Below are positions 46,874 through 57,282 of a DNA stretch of 64,000 nt, piece by piece. Every line of letters begins with the position of its first letter. The first letter of the stretch is position 1. Position numbers and translations under genes: made by a program. The notes beneath the pieces are model-generated. The model ran no database searches and was not told the DNA's origin. It saw nothing but the letters and a program-made list of their open reading frames with translations. Origin of the DNA: Candidatus Iainarchaeum sp. (lineage in GTDB: Archaea; Iainarchaeota; Iainarchaeia; Iainarchaeales; GCA-2688035); contig JAFCCL010000001.1 in the NCBI GenBank assembly GCA_017610205.1, forward strand, positions 172,327 through 236,326, in the 5' to 3' direction.

Positions 46874-48596
46874 GGCAGAATTTAAAGAATTAATTGCAGA
46901 AGTATTGGAACAGGCTCTTGACAGCAAACTAAAGAAAGACGAAATAATTGAACTTTTAGAAGTTCCTCCAATACCCAAAATGGGCGATTATGCATTTCCC
47001 TGCTTTAAGCTTGCAGAAATTCTGGGGAAAAAACCGGCAAAAATTTCATTTGAACTAGCAGAAAAAATCTTTTTACCAGATGGCATTGAAGGAATGAATC
47101 CAAACGGACCATACCTGAATTTTTTTGCAGCAAAAGACATTGTTGCCAGAGACACAATCAACAAGGTAATAAAAAATGGCAACGAATTTGGAAGACACGA
47201 TTTTGGCAAAGGCCAAAAAATCATGGTAGAATACAGTGCACCAAACTCAAACAAGCCACTGCATTTAGGGCATTTGAGAAACAACTGCATTGGAATGGCA
47301 ATTTCAAACATTTTTGAATCAGCAGGAATGAAAGTTATAAAAGCAAGCCTTGTCAACGACAGAGGAATTCACATCTGCAAAAGCATGCTTGCATACAAGC
47401 TCTTTGGAAACAACGCAACACCTGAAAGCGCAAAGGAAAAACCAGACCACTTTGTAGGAGACTATTATGTAATGTACAATCAAATGGTCAAAGAAACCCC
47501 TGATTTGGAAAAACAAGCTTACGACATGCTGCAAAAATGGGAAAAGGGAGACAAGGAAACAAAAAACCTGTGGAAAAAAATGACTTCCTGGGCAGTTAAA
47601 GGATTTAAGGAAACTTATACAGAATTTGGAAGCATATTTGACGAATGGTTTTTTGAATCACAATACTACAACAAAGCAAAACAAATCCTAAAACTTGGAG
47701 AAGAAAAGGGACTGTTCAAAAAAAACAGCGACGGAGCCCTTGTTGCAGAACTTGAAAACCAGGGACTTTCAAACAAAACAGTTTTGAGGTCGGACGGAAC
47801 CTCAATTTATATCACAAACGATTTGGCTTTAACAAAACACAAATTTGAGCACTTTAAACTTAACGAAAGCGTTTGGGTTGTGGGAAACGAACAAGACCTT
47901 TACTTCAGACAACTTTTTAAAATATTTCAACTCCTTGGATTTAAATGGGCAAAAAATTGCATGCATTTAAGCCACGGAATGGTAAACCTGCCTTCAGGAA
48001 AACTTAAAAGCAGGGAAGGCAAAGTTGTTGACGCAGACGACATAATTAAGGAATTGGAAGACCTTGCAACAGAAGAAATAAAAAAAAGAAACAAAAAGAT
48101 TAATGAAAAAGAACTTGCAGCAAGAAGCAGGGCAATTGGCCTGGCTGCAATAAAATTCCACATGCTAAAGGTCGCAGTACACAAAGACATAATGTTTGAC
48201 CCAAAGAAAAGCATTTCATTCGAAGGAGAAACAGGCCCATATATTCAATACACTTATGCCAGGGCAAAAAGCATTCTTGCAAAAGCAGGCAAAATGAAAA
48301 TAAAAAAATCCGGATTTGAAAGATTAATTGGACCGGAAGAGCAAAAACTTTTGAAACTGCTTGCAAACTACCCCGACGCAGTAAAAAAAAGCTTTAAACA
48401 ACTAAGCCCGCACATCATCTGCCAATCAATGATTGAAATTGCTGAAGCATTCAACACATTTTACCAAAAGCACAAAGTACTAAAAGCAGGAAGCGAAGAA
48501 ATCAAAATCGAAAGAATTTCCCTAGTACAAGCAACAGCCCAAGTGCTAAAAAACGGTTTGGAATTGCTTGACATTGAAGCAATTGAAAAGATGTGA
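46872..48596 (+). CDS. argS: Arginyl-tRNA synthetase
   Basis: GDYAFPCF, GPYLNF, PNSNKPLHLGHLRN, KLKSREG, GETGPYIQYTYAR. Confidence 0.97.
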   Translation: MAEFKELIAEVLEQALDSKLKKDEIIELLEVPPIPKMGDYAFPCFKLAEILGKKPAKISFELAEKIFLPDGIEGMNPNGPYLNFFAAKDIVARDTINKVIKNGNEFGRHDFGKGQKIMVEYSAPNSNKPLHLGHLRNNCIGMAISNIFESAGMKVIKASLVNDRGIHICKSMLAYKLFGNNATPESAKEKPDHFVGDYYVMYNQMVKETPDLEKQAYDMLQKWEKGDKETKNLWKKMTSWAVKGFKETYTEFGSIFDEWFFESQYYNKAKQILKLGEEKGLFKKNSDGALVAELENQGLSNKTVLRSDGTSIYITNDLALTKHKFEHFKLNESVWVVGNEQDLYFRQLFKIFQLLGFKWAKNCMHLSHGMVNLPSGKLKSREGKVVDADDIIKELEDLATEEIKKRNKKINEKELAARSRAIGLAAIKFHMLKVAVHKDIMFDPKKSISFEGETGPYIQYTYARAKSILAKAGKMKIKKSGFERLIGPEEQKLLKLLANYPDAVKKSFKQLSPHIICQSMIEIAEAFNTFYQKHKVLKAGSEEIKIERISLVQATAQVLKNGLELLDIEAIEKM

Positions 48597-48845
48597 CTAA
48601 GGCAACTTCATACCGCGCTTTGCAGCAATCTTTTTCATATTGACATAATCCGCCTGCGTAAGTCTTGTATCATATACAGAATCAGAAACCTTTTTCTGAA
48701 TGCGCCTCAAGATATCCTTTTCTCCAAGGGTAAAAGTTGCCTCAGGCGATTCCCTCAGCAAATCAAGGCCTTTGGAAATTTTAAGCTTTAGCCTTTGACC
48801 ACTCGGCTTTCTCCTAACAACCCTTTTAATCGGCTTTCTGACCAT
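48597..48845 (-). CDS. Small basic hypothetical protein
   Basis: MVRKPIKRVVRRKPSG... Confidence 0.55.
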   Translation of the reverse strand: MVRKPIKRVVRRKPSGQRLKLKISKGLDLLRESPEATFTLGEKDILRRIQKKVSDSVYDTRLTQADYVNMKKIAAKRGMKLP

Positions 48846-48974
48846 AATATAAAAACGCACTCCGGCAATTTAATTCTTTCTATTCGCGGATTCGAGCATT
48901 ATTCCATAAAAATAGCCGGCTTTAAATCTATTATCTTTTTGTTTTAAATGGGGTACTAAACTTTGTTTCTTAAA

Positions 48975-49784
48975 TTAAACCCAACAGTTTTTGTCCCTTA
49001 TCTTTGAAGTTCTTCTTACAACACAGCCTCCGCCACATTTTTCAAAAAAAAGGCAAGAAGTACATTGTTTGCATATTTTTGTAATTATTTTAAATTCAGC
49101 CCATATTTCAAAAAAATCGTCTTGGAAAGAAAATTTTGTTTTGCTGTATCTGCAAACAGACAAGTTTGCATTGGAATCAATACAAAAAGAAAGTTTTCCT
49201 GCAGGGCATATTCCAGAAAAATTTTCGTTTATAAGAGCCATCAAAGGCAAATCACTTAAAAGGGTTATCTGCCTTTTTTTTGCTTCGCAAGCAAGTTTTT
49301 TTAGCATAAAGGCATAAGTTGATTTTTGTATTTTTTTTGTTGGATTTGAAAAAACATTGACTATTTTTATACTATTTTCTTCCATTATTTTAAGAGCGGT
49401 TGGAAAAGAAACAAACAAATTAAGATCAACAAGGGCTATCGGCATTTTAATATCTTTAAAAAAAAGGGCTATTTTTTTTATATTTTTAAGCATTTTTTTA
49501 TTAAAAATAAGTCTTAACGCTGAAATTTTACAGGTTTTGAGTTGTAAAAGCATTTTTGGATTAAAACCTGTTACTGTTATTGCAATACTTTTATTTAGCA
49601 AAAGTTTAACAAGTTCTTTTGCAACTAAAATTTTTTTTGAGGAAAGACGGCCAAGAAAGATATTAATGCCAAAGGCTGTGCTTTCATGCACTATTTTGGC
49701 AATTTTTTTGCAACAAACTTTTTTAGAGCTACTTAAATCAATTTCACAAATTACAGGTTTTTTTAGCTGATCTTCATAAAACAT
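48975..49784 (-). CDS. SPASM-domain protein with degenerate radical SAM core
   Basis: No CxxxCxxC; C-terminal CPAGK...VC...CKQCTSC....CGGGC...NC. Confidence 0.75.
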   Translation of the reverse strand: MFYEDQLKKPVICEIDLSSSKKVCCKKIAKIVHESTAFGINIFLGRLSSKKILVAKELVKLLLNKSIAITVTGFNPKMLLQLKTCKISALRLIFNKKMLKNIKKIALFFKDIKMPIALVDLNLFVSFPTALKIMEENSIKIVNVFSNPTKKIQKSTYAFMLKKLACEAKKRQITLLSDLPLMALINENFSGICPAGKLSFCIDSNANLSVCRYSKTKFSFQDDFFEIWAEFKIITKICKQCTSCLFFEKCGGGCVVRRTSKIRDKNCWV

Positions 49785-50725
49785 AGTGGGTCCCGTTCCA
49801 AAAAATTTTTATATTTTGCAAAAGCATGAGCTCTACAGCCTCTGCAAATGTTAAGAATTTTACATTTTTTGCAGGTGGTATTTAGTTTTGATTTGTCACG
49901 CAAAGTCTTAAACAGATCTGAATTATTCCAAGCAGTTACCAAGTTTTGTTCCATAAGATTTGAGTCTGAAATTCTTAGTTTTGCACAAGGAAAAAATTTT
50001 CCATGTACATCAATAAGTGCACCAAATTTTCCTGCAATACACCCAAAATTGTTTAATGTGGCAATTTCTGGTTCAAAATCCTCAGCACCTATAAGATTAA
50101 ATAGGGGGTCTTCACAAGAGATTAACTCATTTGAAAGTGCTTTGTTATAAATTCTTTGAAGAATTTGCTTAAACTCTTTTGAAGTAAAAAGATTTTTTTG
50201 GAGTGATTTGGTGTTATTTGGAGGAATCATTCTTTGAAATCCGATTGGAATTTGGTACTGTTGTGAAAATTCTATTAATTTATTAATCTGATTTTTGTTG
50301 TTATTGCCTAAAGTACAAAGGACAGAAACTTTCTGTTTATTTTCTTTCAAAAAAAGAACGCTTTCTATAATCTTTTTTGTCAATGCTCCAGTTGTACTGT
50401 CTAAACTAACTTGAACAAAATTAAATCTTTTAATCTGCTTTAGATTTTCTTTAGCTGTAAGACCGTTTGTAAGAAGACCAGTATTAAAGTGGTGGTTCGA
50501 AACACTTTTTGAAATTTCTTGAAATTTACTATGTAATGTTGGTTCCCCTCCAGTAATAATTAAATATTTTGTTCCAATTTTGTCTGCTTCATGCAAAATT
50601 TTATTTATAAAAGAAACCGGCATTTCATCGTTGCTTTTATTTTTTCCAAGATAGCAGTACTCACAATTTAAATTACATTTTTCTGTAACTTCCAATTCCA
50701 ATATATTTAAATTAAACAAGTACAA
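49763..50725 (-). CDS. Radical SAM/SPASM maturase
   Basis: CNLNCEYC, TGGEP, TNG, VSLD; GCIAG...PC...CKKC....CRGCRA...DPLC. Confidence 0.92.
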   Translation of the reverse strand: MYLFNLNILELEVTEKCNLNCEYCYLGKNKSNDEMPVSFINKILHEADKIGTKYLIITGGEPTLHSKFQEISKSVSNHHFNTGLLTNGLTAKENLKQIKRFNFVQVSLDSTTGALTKKIIESVLFLKENKQKVSVLCTLGNNNKNQINKLIEFSQQYQIPIGFQRMIPPNNTKSLQKNLFTSKEFKQILQRIYNKALSNELISCEDPLFNLIGAEDFEPEIATLNNFGCIAGKFGALIDVHGKFFPCAKLRISDSNLMEQNLVTAWNNSDLFKTLRDKSKLNTTCKKCKILNICRGCRAHAFAKYKNFLERDPLCFMKIS

Positions 50726-51011
50726 TCAGCCCATTGTTGTATACCTGCAAAAGAAACTTGTTAACCGCCAGTGAAATCTCTTTTTTTGAAAAGTTAGAAT
50801 ATTTTTTGCATAAAATACCAATTATTTCTTTTACCGATTTTTTGCCATCACAGTGCCTCCAAACTATAGCTTCCTTTTCTGAAATAAAAAACATTTTTGG
50901 TTCGGTGGTTTTACTGCCTTTGCCAATCATCAAAAAAATACCGTCTTTTTCTTCTCTGCAAAATACAGTCTTCTTTTTTTGCGGCTGACTTTTTTCATTC
51001 AATAATACCAT
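50712..51011 (-). CDS. PqqD-like RiPP recognition element (RRE)
   Basis: AIVWRHCDGKKSVKEII..LCKKY...VNKFL..V...GLI. Confidence 0.85.
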   Translation of the reverse strand: MVLLNEKSQPQKKKTVFCREEKDGIFLMIGKGSKTTEPKMFFISEKEAIVWRHCDGKKSVKEIIGILCKKYSNFSKKEISLAVNKFLLQVYNNGLIVLV

Positions 51012-51294
51012 GTTTTTTCAACTCTAATAAAAAATTATTTGTTTCCGAAATAACTTTTTCTTTTGGAATATTTTCATCTTCAATTTCATTAAAAAGATTG
51101 TTTGCAAGTTCATTCACTGTGTGTTTTCCATCGCACAAAAAAAATACTTTTGATTCAAAATTTCCCAGTTTAAAGAAAGAATGGTATTTTATTTCTTTTT
51201 TGGCATAACGTGGAAATATTACCGTGTTTCCAAGTTTTGTTTTTCTGAATTTTACTAATTTGCATTTTATCGGTTTCCATGTATTAGTAAACAT
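50995..51294 (-). CDS. PqqD-like RiPP recognition element (RRE)
   Basis: KVFFLCDGKHTVNELA...ETNNFLLELKKHGII; likely ATG 51294. Confidence 0.85.
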   Translation of the reverse strand: MFTNTWKPIKCKLVKFRKTKLGNTVIFPRYAKKEIKYHSFFKLGNFESKVFFLCDGKHTVNELANNLFNEIEDENIPKEKVISETNNFLLELKKHGIIE

Positions 51295-51334
51295 AATAAA
51301 TATTGCTATACAAAAATATATTAAGGTTTTACTA
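51295..51334. promoter_or_regulatory. 40-bp divergent promoter region shared by the RRE operon and leuS
   Basis: AT-rich gap with TATA-like AATATATTAA between ATG 51294 (-) and GTG 51335 (+). Confidence 0.5.
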
Positions 51335-54205
51335 GTGCAGCTTAATTTTGACAAGATTACGCAAAAATGGCAAAATGAATGGACAAAAAAAGGGCTTGGA
51401 AACGCAGAATCCATAAAAGGCAAAAAAAAATTCTACTTAATTTTTGCTTATCCAGGAGTGTCGGGCTTTTTGCATGTTGGCCATATGCGCGGTTATACAT
51501 ATGCAGATATAATAACCAGATTTAAAAGAATGCAAGGATACAATGTTCTTTTTCCCGCAGGATTTCATGCAAGCGGATTGCCGGCGATTGCTTATTCTGT
51601 AAAAATAAAGAAAAAAGACCCTGCTACAATCAATCAACTTAAAGAGTATGGTTTGAATGATAAACAAATACAAGAACTTGAAGATCCAAAAAACACTGTT
51701 GAATTTTTTAAGCGAATTTATGTTGAAGACTTTTGGAAAAAATTCGGATTCCTTATTGATTATAGAAGATTAATCAGCACTATCCAACCAGAGTATAACA
51801 AATTTATGGAATGGCAGTTTTCAAAACTTAAAGAGGCTAATTTACTTGTACAAAAACCACACTTTGCCCCCTGTTGCCCAAATTGTGGCCCTGTTGCAAT
51901 AGACACTGCAGAAACAGATATAGCCCAGGGTGGAACAGCTGAAACAATAAATTATACAATTATAAAATTTAAGCTCGGAAAAAGAATTTTGCCTGCAGCA
52001 ACATTAAGACCAGAAACCGTTTACGGGGTAATAAACATGTGGCTTAATCCAGAAACAGAACTCGTTGTTGTCAAATATAATAATGAAGAATGGATTCTTT
52101 GTAAAGAAGCTGCTGAAAAGCTAAAATTCCAAAAGCATAACTTTGAAATCACTTCTGAAAAAATACCTGCCAAAAGCCTTATTGGAAAAAAATGCATTAA
52201 TCCAGTAAACAACCAAGAAGTATTGATTCTTCCAGCAGGATTTGTTGAATGCGGAATAGGCACAGGGGTTGTAATGAGTGTTCCAAGCCATGCACCATAT
52301 GATTGGATTGCCTTAAATGACTTACAGCAAAATCCTCAAAAAATTGAAGAGTATAAAATTTCAAAAGATAAACTTTTGAAACTAAAGCCAGTATCACTTA
52401 TTAAAACACCTGATTTTGGAGAACACCCAGCTATAGAATTATGCAAAAGTTTAGGCTTAAAAAGCCAAAATGAGACTGAAAAGCTTGAAGAAGCTACCCA
52501 GATAGTGTACCGAAAAGAATTTCATTCTGGAAAGCTAAATTCACTTTATGGAAAAAATGAGGGTGTAAAAGTATCTGATGCAAAAGATATTCTAATAAAA
52601 GAATTTGAACAAAAAAATGTCGCTGAAGAAATGTACGGTTTTTCAGAAAAAGTAGTGTGCAGATGTGGAACCGAAGTCATTGTCAAACTTATTCCAAATC
52701 AATGGTTTATAAAATATTCTGATAACGAACTTACTTCAAAAAGTAAAGAACAAGCAAAAAAAATGTCAATATGGCCAGATCAATACAAAAAAGAGCTTCC
52801 AGGAATTCTCGACTGGTTTAATGATAGAGCCTGTGTAAGACAGGGGAGCTGGCTTGGAACAAAATTTCCTTTTGACAGACAATGGGTAATTGAGCCAATA
52901 TCTGATTCTACGCTTTATCCTTTAATTTATATTTTAAGCAAATATATAACTGAAGGTAAAATAAATTCAGAAAATTTATGTAATGAATTCTTTGACTATA
53001 TTTTTTTAAGCGAAGGAACGTTAGATGCTGTTGCAAAAAAAACAGGGCTTGATAAAAAATTAATACGCCAAGTAAAAAACGATTTTGAATATTGGTATCC
53101 TCTTGATTTGAACTTAGGCGGTAAGGAACACAAAACAGTACATTTTCCTGTTTTCTTAATGAATCACGTAGCGGTTCTAAAAACAAAAGATTTACCTAAA
53201 GGAATTTTTGTAAATTGGTGGGTAGTTGGCGAAAATGGAAAAATCTCTAAATCAAAAGGAGGGGCTGTTTCATTGCATAATCTAGCAAAAGTATTTTCGG
53301 TTGATGCCTTAAGACTTTACTACTGCCACATTGGAAGTGCACACATTGACATACAATTTGATGAAAAGATTGCACAAAAATATAAAAGTATCCTGCAAAA
53401 AGATTATTTATTAATTGAAAAAGTTGTAAAAAGCAAAAAATCCGTCAAAAGAAAAATAATAGACGACTGGCTTGTTGAAACACTTAACCAAAAAATGCAA
53501 AAGGCAATAAATTCTATAGATGGATTAAATTTGAAGAAATTTTCACAAGAAATTTATTACAGCATACCTGAAGACCTTAACTGGTATCTGAAAAGAGATG
53601 GTTTAAACAAAAAACTTTTGCTTTCTTTTTTAGAACAATGGACAAAGCTTATGATGCCAATAACACCACATTTAGCCGAAGAAATTTGGCATACCTTATT
53701 AAAAAAGAAAACACTTGTTTCTACAGAGCAATGGAAAAAAATCAACAAAAAAACTAAACAAGAAGTCATACAAACAGAAATTTTAATTAAAACAATTTTG
53801 AGTGATCTTGAAAATATTAAACAACTTGCAAAGATTAACAAGCCTAAAAAAATAACGTTTTTTGTTGCACCAGCCTGGAAAAATGAGGCCATAAAAACAG
53901 TGGTAGCTGCCTGCAAGGATCAACCAGACTTTAAAAAAGCAATGGCTGGCTGGATGAAAAATCCAAAACTAAAAAAACATGCTGACAAATCACCAAAAAT
54001 GGTTAAAAAAATCATTTCGGATTTTTGGAAAATGAAACAATTTAAGCCAATAGCAGAATTTGAAATTCTAAATAAAGAGAAAAAATTCTTTGAAAAATTA
54101 TATAATACACAGATAGAAGTAACCACTGCTTCAAAAACAAAAAAAGAATTGCAAACTAAAGCTTCTTCGGCCATGCCTATGAAACCAGCAATTTATATCG
54201 AATGA
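51335..54205 (+). CDS. leuS: Leucyl-tRNA synthetase, archaeal type
   Basis: FAYPGVSGFLHVGH, ATLRPET and GTGVVMSVPSHAPYD (CP1 editing), SDSTLY, GKEH, KISKS, C-terminal PMKPAIYIE; start probably GTG 51335. Confidence 0.96.
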   Translation: MQLNFDKITQKWQNEWTKKGLGNAESIKGKKKFYLIFAYPGVSGFLHVGHMRGYTYADIITRFKRMQGYNVLFPAGFHASGLPAIAYSVKIKKKDPATINQLKEYGLNDKQIQELEDPKNTVEFFKRIYVEDFWKKFGFLIDYRRLISTIQPEYNKFMEWQFSKLKEANLLVQKPHFAPCCPNCGPVAIDTAETDIAQGGTAETINYTIIKFKLGKRILPAATLRPETVYGVINMWLNPETELVVVKYNNEEWILCKEAAEKLKFQKHNFEITSEKIPAKSLIGKKCINPVNNQEVLILPAGFVECGIGTGVVMSVPSHAPYDWIALNDLQQNPQKIEEYKISKDKLLKLKPVSLIKTPDFGEHPAIELCKSLGLKSQNETEKLEEATQIVYRKEFHSGKLNSLYGKNEGVKVSDAKDILIKEFEQKNVAEEMYGFSEKVVCRCGTEVIVKLIPNQWFIKYSDNELTSKSKEQAKKMSIWPDQYKKELPGILDWFNDRACVRQGSWLGTKFPFDRQWVIEPISDSTLYPLIYILSKYITEGKINSENLCNEFFDYIFLSEGTLDAVAKKTGLDKKLIRQVKNDFEYWYPLDLNLGGKEHKTVHFPVFLMNHVAVLKTKDLPKGIFVNWWVVGENGKISKSKGGAVSLHNLAKVFSVDALRLYYCHIGSAHIDIQFDEKIAQKYKSILQKDYLLIEKVVKSKKSVKRKIIDDWLVETLNQKMQKAINSIDGLNLKKFSQEIYYSIPEDLNWYLKRDGLNKKLLLSFLEQWTKLMMPITPHLAEEIWHTLLKKKTLVSTEQWKKINKKTKQEVIQTEILIKTILSDLENIKQLAKINKPKKITFFVAPAWKNEAIKTVVAACKDQPDFKKAMAGWMKNPKLKKHADKSPKMVKKIISDFWKMKQFKPIAEFEILNKEKKFFEKLYNTQIEVTTASKTKKELQTKASSAMPMKPAIYIE

Positions 54206-55233
54206 ATTATAAAATTCCAAAACGCAATCTATTAAAAAAAATTAAAGGAATCATACTAATGGAACCAATATTTGAATTTCCTACAGAGTGTCATTTTATA
54301 CCATGCAATAAAACAACAACAAAAATTGAGCAATTTCCAAACTTGAGCAGTTACCGGCAAATGACATTAAAAGAAATAGACCTATTTTTAAAAAAACTCA
54401 AGGGCCAAGGAATAGGAAAACTTTTTCTTACAGGCCCAGAACCCATGCAACGAAATGACTTAGAAAAAATTATTGACCTGGCTTATAAAAAAGAGATTAA
54501 AGTGGATTTAAGAACAACCGGATTAGAGCTTACAACAAAAAGACTTGAAAATATCAAAGGCAAAGTAAATGCAGTAATATTTGATTTATTTGGCGGTAAA
54601 AAAAACACAAACAAATATTTTGGAAGCGGTTCACATGAAAAAATACTTGCAAATATGAACGCTTGCAGTAGCTTGGGATTAAATACTATTGTTTGTTTAA
54701 ATATTTCAAACGAAAATGTTGGCCAAATAGAAAAAATAATTAAAAAAATCCCCAAAAGAATTCGGGGCATTGTATTTTCTTATTTTGTCGCTTATAAAAA
54801 AGATGTTGTTGAATTGCAGTTGAGCCAAAAAAAATTCTTGAAAGAATTTAAAAAAATAAAAAAAGTTGCTGAAAACAAAGGATTCAAAGTTATATCAAGT
54901 TGCAAAATAGTGTTTGACAAAAATTGTCCAAAAAATGTTTACAGACTTTGCTCTGCTGGAAAATTTAAACTATCTGTTCTACCTAATGGCGATGTTGTAC
55001 CTTGTGAGCTCCTTAAATTAAGTCCTAAACTGATTGCAGGGAATGTACTTAACGAAAGTATTGAAAATATTTGGAAAAACAAAACTTTAAAAATGTTTAG
55101 GGCAATTTCACAAGAAAGCCTTTCAGGAAAATGCAGTAACTGCAAATTATTTAATTTTTGTCCAAGCTGTCGTGCGATTCCATACAATCTTAAAAATCAA
55201 CTTTATGGAAGCATTGAATTTTGCAAACTTTAA
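54202..55233 (+). CDS. Radical SAM-like/SPASM protein lacking CxxxCxxC
   Basis: TGPEP, RTTG; CSAGK...PNGDVVPC...CSNC....CPSCRA...C; ATGA overlap with the leuS stop. Confidence 0.8.
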   Translation: MNYKIPKRNLLKKIKGIILMEPIFEFPTECHFIPCNKTTTKIEQFPNLSSYRQMTLKEIDLFLKKLKGQGIGKLFLTGPEPMQRNDLEKIIDLAYKKEIKVDLRTTGLELTTKRLENIKGKVNAVIFDLFGGKKNTNKYFGSGSHEKILANMNACSSLGLNTIVCLNISNENVGQIEKIIKKIPKRIRGIVFSYFVAYKKDVVELQLSQKKFLKEFKKIKKVAENKGFKVISSCKIVFDKNCPKNVYRLCSAGKFKLSVLPNGDVVPCELLKLSPKLIAGNVLNESIENIWKNKTLKMFRAISQESLSGKCSNCKLFNFCPSCRAIPYNLKNQLYGSIEFCKL

Positions 55234-56210
55234 GGCGTTGCCAAGCACAGTGGGTCTTGTGCTGAAAAAATACCAGTCCTTCCAAAAGCAGCTGCCCTGC
55301 AACCACCGTAGCATATACTGTAAAATTTGCAAGAAATACATTCTTTGCACTGTGTTTTTTTTCTAAAATCATTTGCTTTTTTGCTATTCCATGCTTTAAA
55401 AAGGCTATTATTGCAAATATTGCCTAAAACAACAGGGTAATAGGCACATGGTTTTATGTCACCAACAGAACTAATATAACCCTGTGTTTCAAAGCAAGGC
55501 ATTGTTTTTTTTTGCCAGGATGATTTTACTGCAAATTCAAAGCAAAAAGGCAAAAACTTTATTTCAATTTTATTTTCAAGTGCTTGTTTTTTCTTTAAAA
55601 GAAACAAATTAACTTCTTTTAACTGTTTTTTGCTTATTACTAAATTTTCTGTTGCACTACCAGTAGTAATAACTGGTCTTACACGAAAGGAGTCCACTTT
55701 AAGTTTGAGCAGTAAGTCAAAAATTTTTGGAACTTGCTTTATGTTTTGGTTTGTTAAAGTTGTTCTAACCCATATCTGAAAGCCAAGTTTTTTTGCTAAC
55801 TTTATAGATTTTATTGTTTTATCAAAAGCGCCCTTTTTTCCCCTAAAACAGTCATGCTCGTTAGCAGTTGCTGCATCAATGCTTGTGTGAATTATATAAA
55901 CGCCATTTTTTTGCAATTTTTGAGCAATTTTTTTATTAAAAATAGTCATGTTGGAGTAGAGTATGTTAATTATTTCAAAATCAGTTAAAGAAGAAGCTAA
56001 TTCATAAATAAACTTATCTCTTAACAATGGTTCTCCACCTGTAAGAATGGCTGTTTTGGTTTTCATTTTTTTCAAATCTTCCAAAACAGGTTGAAAATCA
56101 TTTAGGGTAATTTCTTTTTGTTTTGCTTTTCCAGCTTCTGTAAAACAATGGTGGCACTTTAGATTGCAAGCAGTAGTGGTTTGTATTCTGATTGACTTTA
56201 TATTATACAT
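55230..56210 (-). CDS. Radical SAM/SPASM maturase
   Basis: CNLKCHHC, TGGEP, SID; PC...PC...CISC....CYGGCRA...DPLC. Confidence 0.92.
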   Translation of the reverse strand: MYNIKSIRIQTTTACNLKCHHCFTEAGKAKQKEITLNDFQPVLEDLKKMKTKTAILTGGEPLLRDKFIYELASSLTDFEIINILYSNMTIFNKKIAQKLQKNGVYIIHTSIDAATANEHDCFRGKKGAFDKTIKSIKLAKKLGFQIWVRTTLTNQNIKQVPKIFDLLLKLKVDSFRVRPVITTGSATENLVISKKQLKEVNLFLLKKKQALENKIEIKFLPFCFEFAVKSSWQKKTMPCFETQGYISSVGDIKPCAYYPVVLGNICNNSLFKAWNSKKANDFRKKTQCKECISCKFYSICYGGCRAAAFGRTGIFSAQDPLCLATP

Positions 56211-57193
56211 TCTTTAGTACCCCCAAACTTTTTGCAGTAAGGGTCTTGTTCAAAGTAGGATCCTTTAACCAGATAACTCATCGCTCTACAACCGCCATTG
56301 CAAGTTTCTTTCAAAACACATTTTGCACAAGCTCCTTTTAGATTATCAGAATTTTTTATTTCTTTAAAAAAATCATTTTTCCAAATTTTTGTTAACGGTT
56401 CTTTTTTGATATTGCCAAGCACAAGAGGAAAAACAGGGCAAGGCCAAACATCTCCATTATAACAGACATGAAAACTATATCCAATAGGGCAACCTTTAGC
56501 AAGATTTTTACTGTTTGGTTTATTTGCAAGTTCCGGCATTTCTATATTAATACGCAGGTGTCTTGTTTTTTTTGAAGCAAGAAAACTTAAAAACTTTTCA
56601 AAATCATTTTTTTCTAAAAGAAAATTTTCCAAATTTTTAGCTCGCCCTAGTGGCATCATTGGAAAAAATATAACAAGATTAACTCCAAGAACATCAAGCA
56701 AGTCAACAAATTTATCCATTAAACCGATATTTTTCCTAGAAAGAGTAGTAAGCACAGCAACTGGCAGGCCCTGTTTTACACACTTTTTTATTCCTTTTAT
56801 TGCCAAATCAAATGAACCCTTGCCCCTAATAGAGTCATTATATTCTTTAGGACCTTCTAAAGACACTTTAATAGCATATATCCCAGCTTTTTTAAGTTCA
56901 ACTATTATTTTAGTATTAAGCAATAGACCATTTGTAGTAACGCCCCAAACAATATTTTGTGTTTTAACTTGATTGCCAATCTTAATTAATGTAGCTGGAA
57001 AAAGTAATGGTTCGCCTCCAGTTATTTCCAAAACTCTAACCTTATTTTCAATACAATAATTAAGAATTTTATCAATATACTTTTCCTGCATAACTTCGTT
57101 ATCAGATTTTGCACTTACAGCACAGTGACTACAGGAAAGATTACATGACTCAGTCAAACTAAACGAAAGAGAAATTGGAGCTGAAAAAATCAT
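56198..57193 (-). CDS. Radical SAM/SPASM maturase
   Basis: CNLSCSHC, TGGEP, TTNG, VSLEG; GCPIG...PC...CAKC....CNGGCRA...DPYC. Confidence 0.92.
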   Translation of the reverse strand: MIFSAPISLSFSLTESCNLSCSHCAVSAKSDNEVMQEKYIDKILNYCIENKVRVLEITGGEPLLFPATLIKIGNQVKTQNIVWGVTTNGLLLNTKIIVELKKAGIYAIKVSLEGPKEYNDSIRGKGSFDLAIKGIKKCVKQGLPVAVLTTLSRKNIGLMDKFVDLLDVLGVNLVIFFPMMPLGRAKNLENFLLEKNDFEKFLSFLASKKTRHLRINIEMPELANKPNSKNLAKGCPIGYSFHVCYNGDVWPCPVFPLVLGNIKKEPLTKIWKNDFFKEIKNSDNLKGACAKCVLKETCNGGCRAMSYLVKGSYFEQDPYCKKFGGTKECII

Positions 57194-57204
57194 TTTAATC
57201 AATT

Positions 57205-57282
57205 TTACAAACAGTGTGCTATATTAAGCATACATCCCGCAAACTTTATTTCTTTTAGTTCTAATTTAAAATTGCTTTTCAT
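57205..57282 (-). CDS. Putative RiPP precursor peptide MKSNFKLELKEIKFAGCMLNIAHCL (25 aa)
   Basis: GGAGG RBS at 57290-57294, ATG 57282, TAA 57205; 11 nt upstream of the first maturase ATG; absent from the ORF track because it is below the size cutoff. Confidence 0.75.
   Translation of the reverse strand: MKSNFKLELKEIKFAGCMLNIAHCL

Noticed and set aside
51224-51423. Overlapping N-terminal extensions of leuS and the RRE ORF in the ORF track
   Set aside because: Artefacts of longest-ORF calling; family similarity starts near GTG 51335 and ATG 51294
48975-57193. Heme (AhbC/D, NirJ) or PQQ biosynthesis interpretation of the SPASM genes
   Set aside because: No ahbA/B, siroheme or pqqB/C genes in the window, and the peptide lacks the PqqA ExxxY motif; cannot be fully excluded without HMM searches
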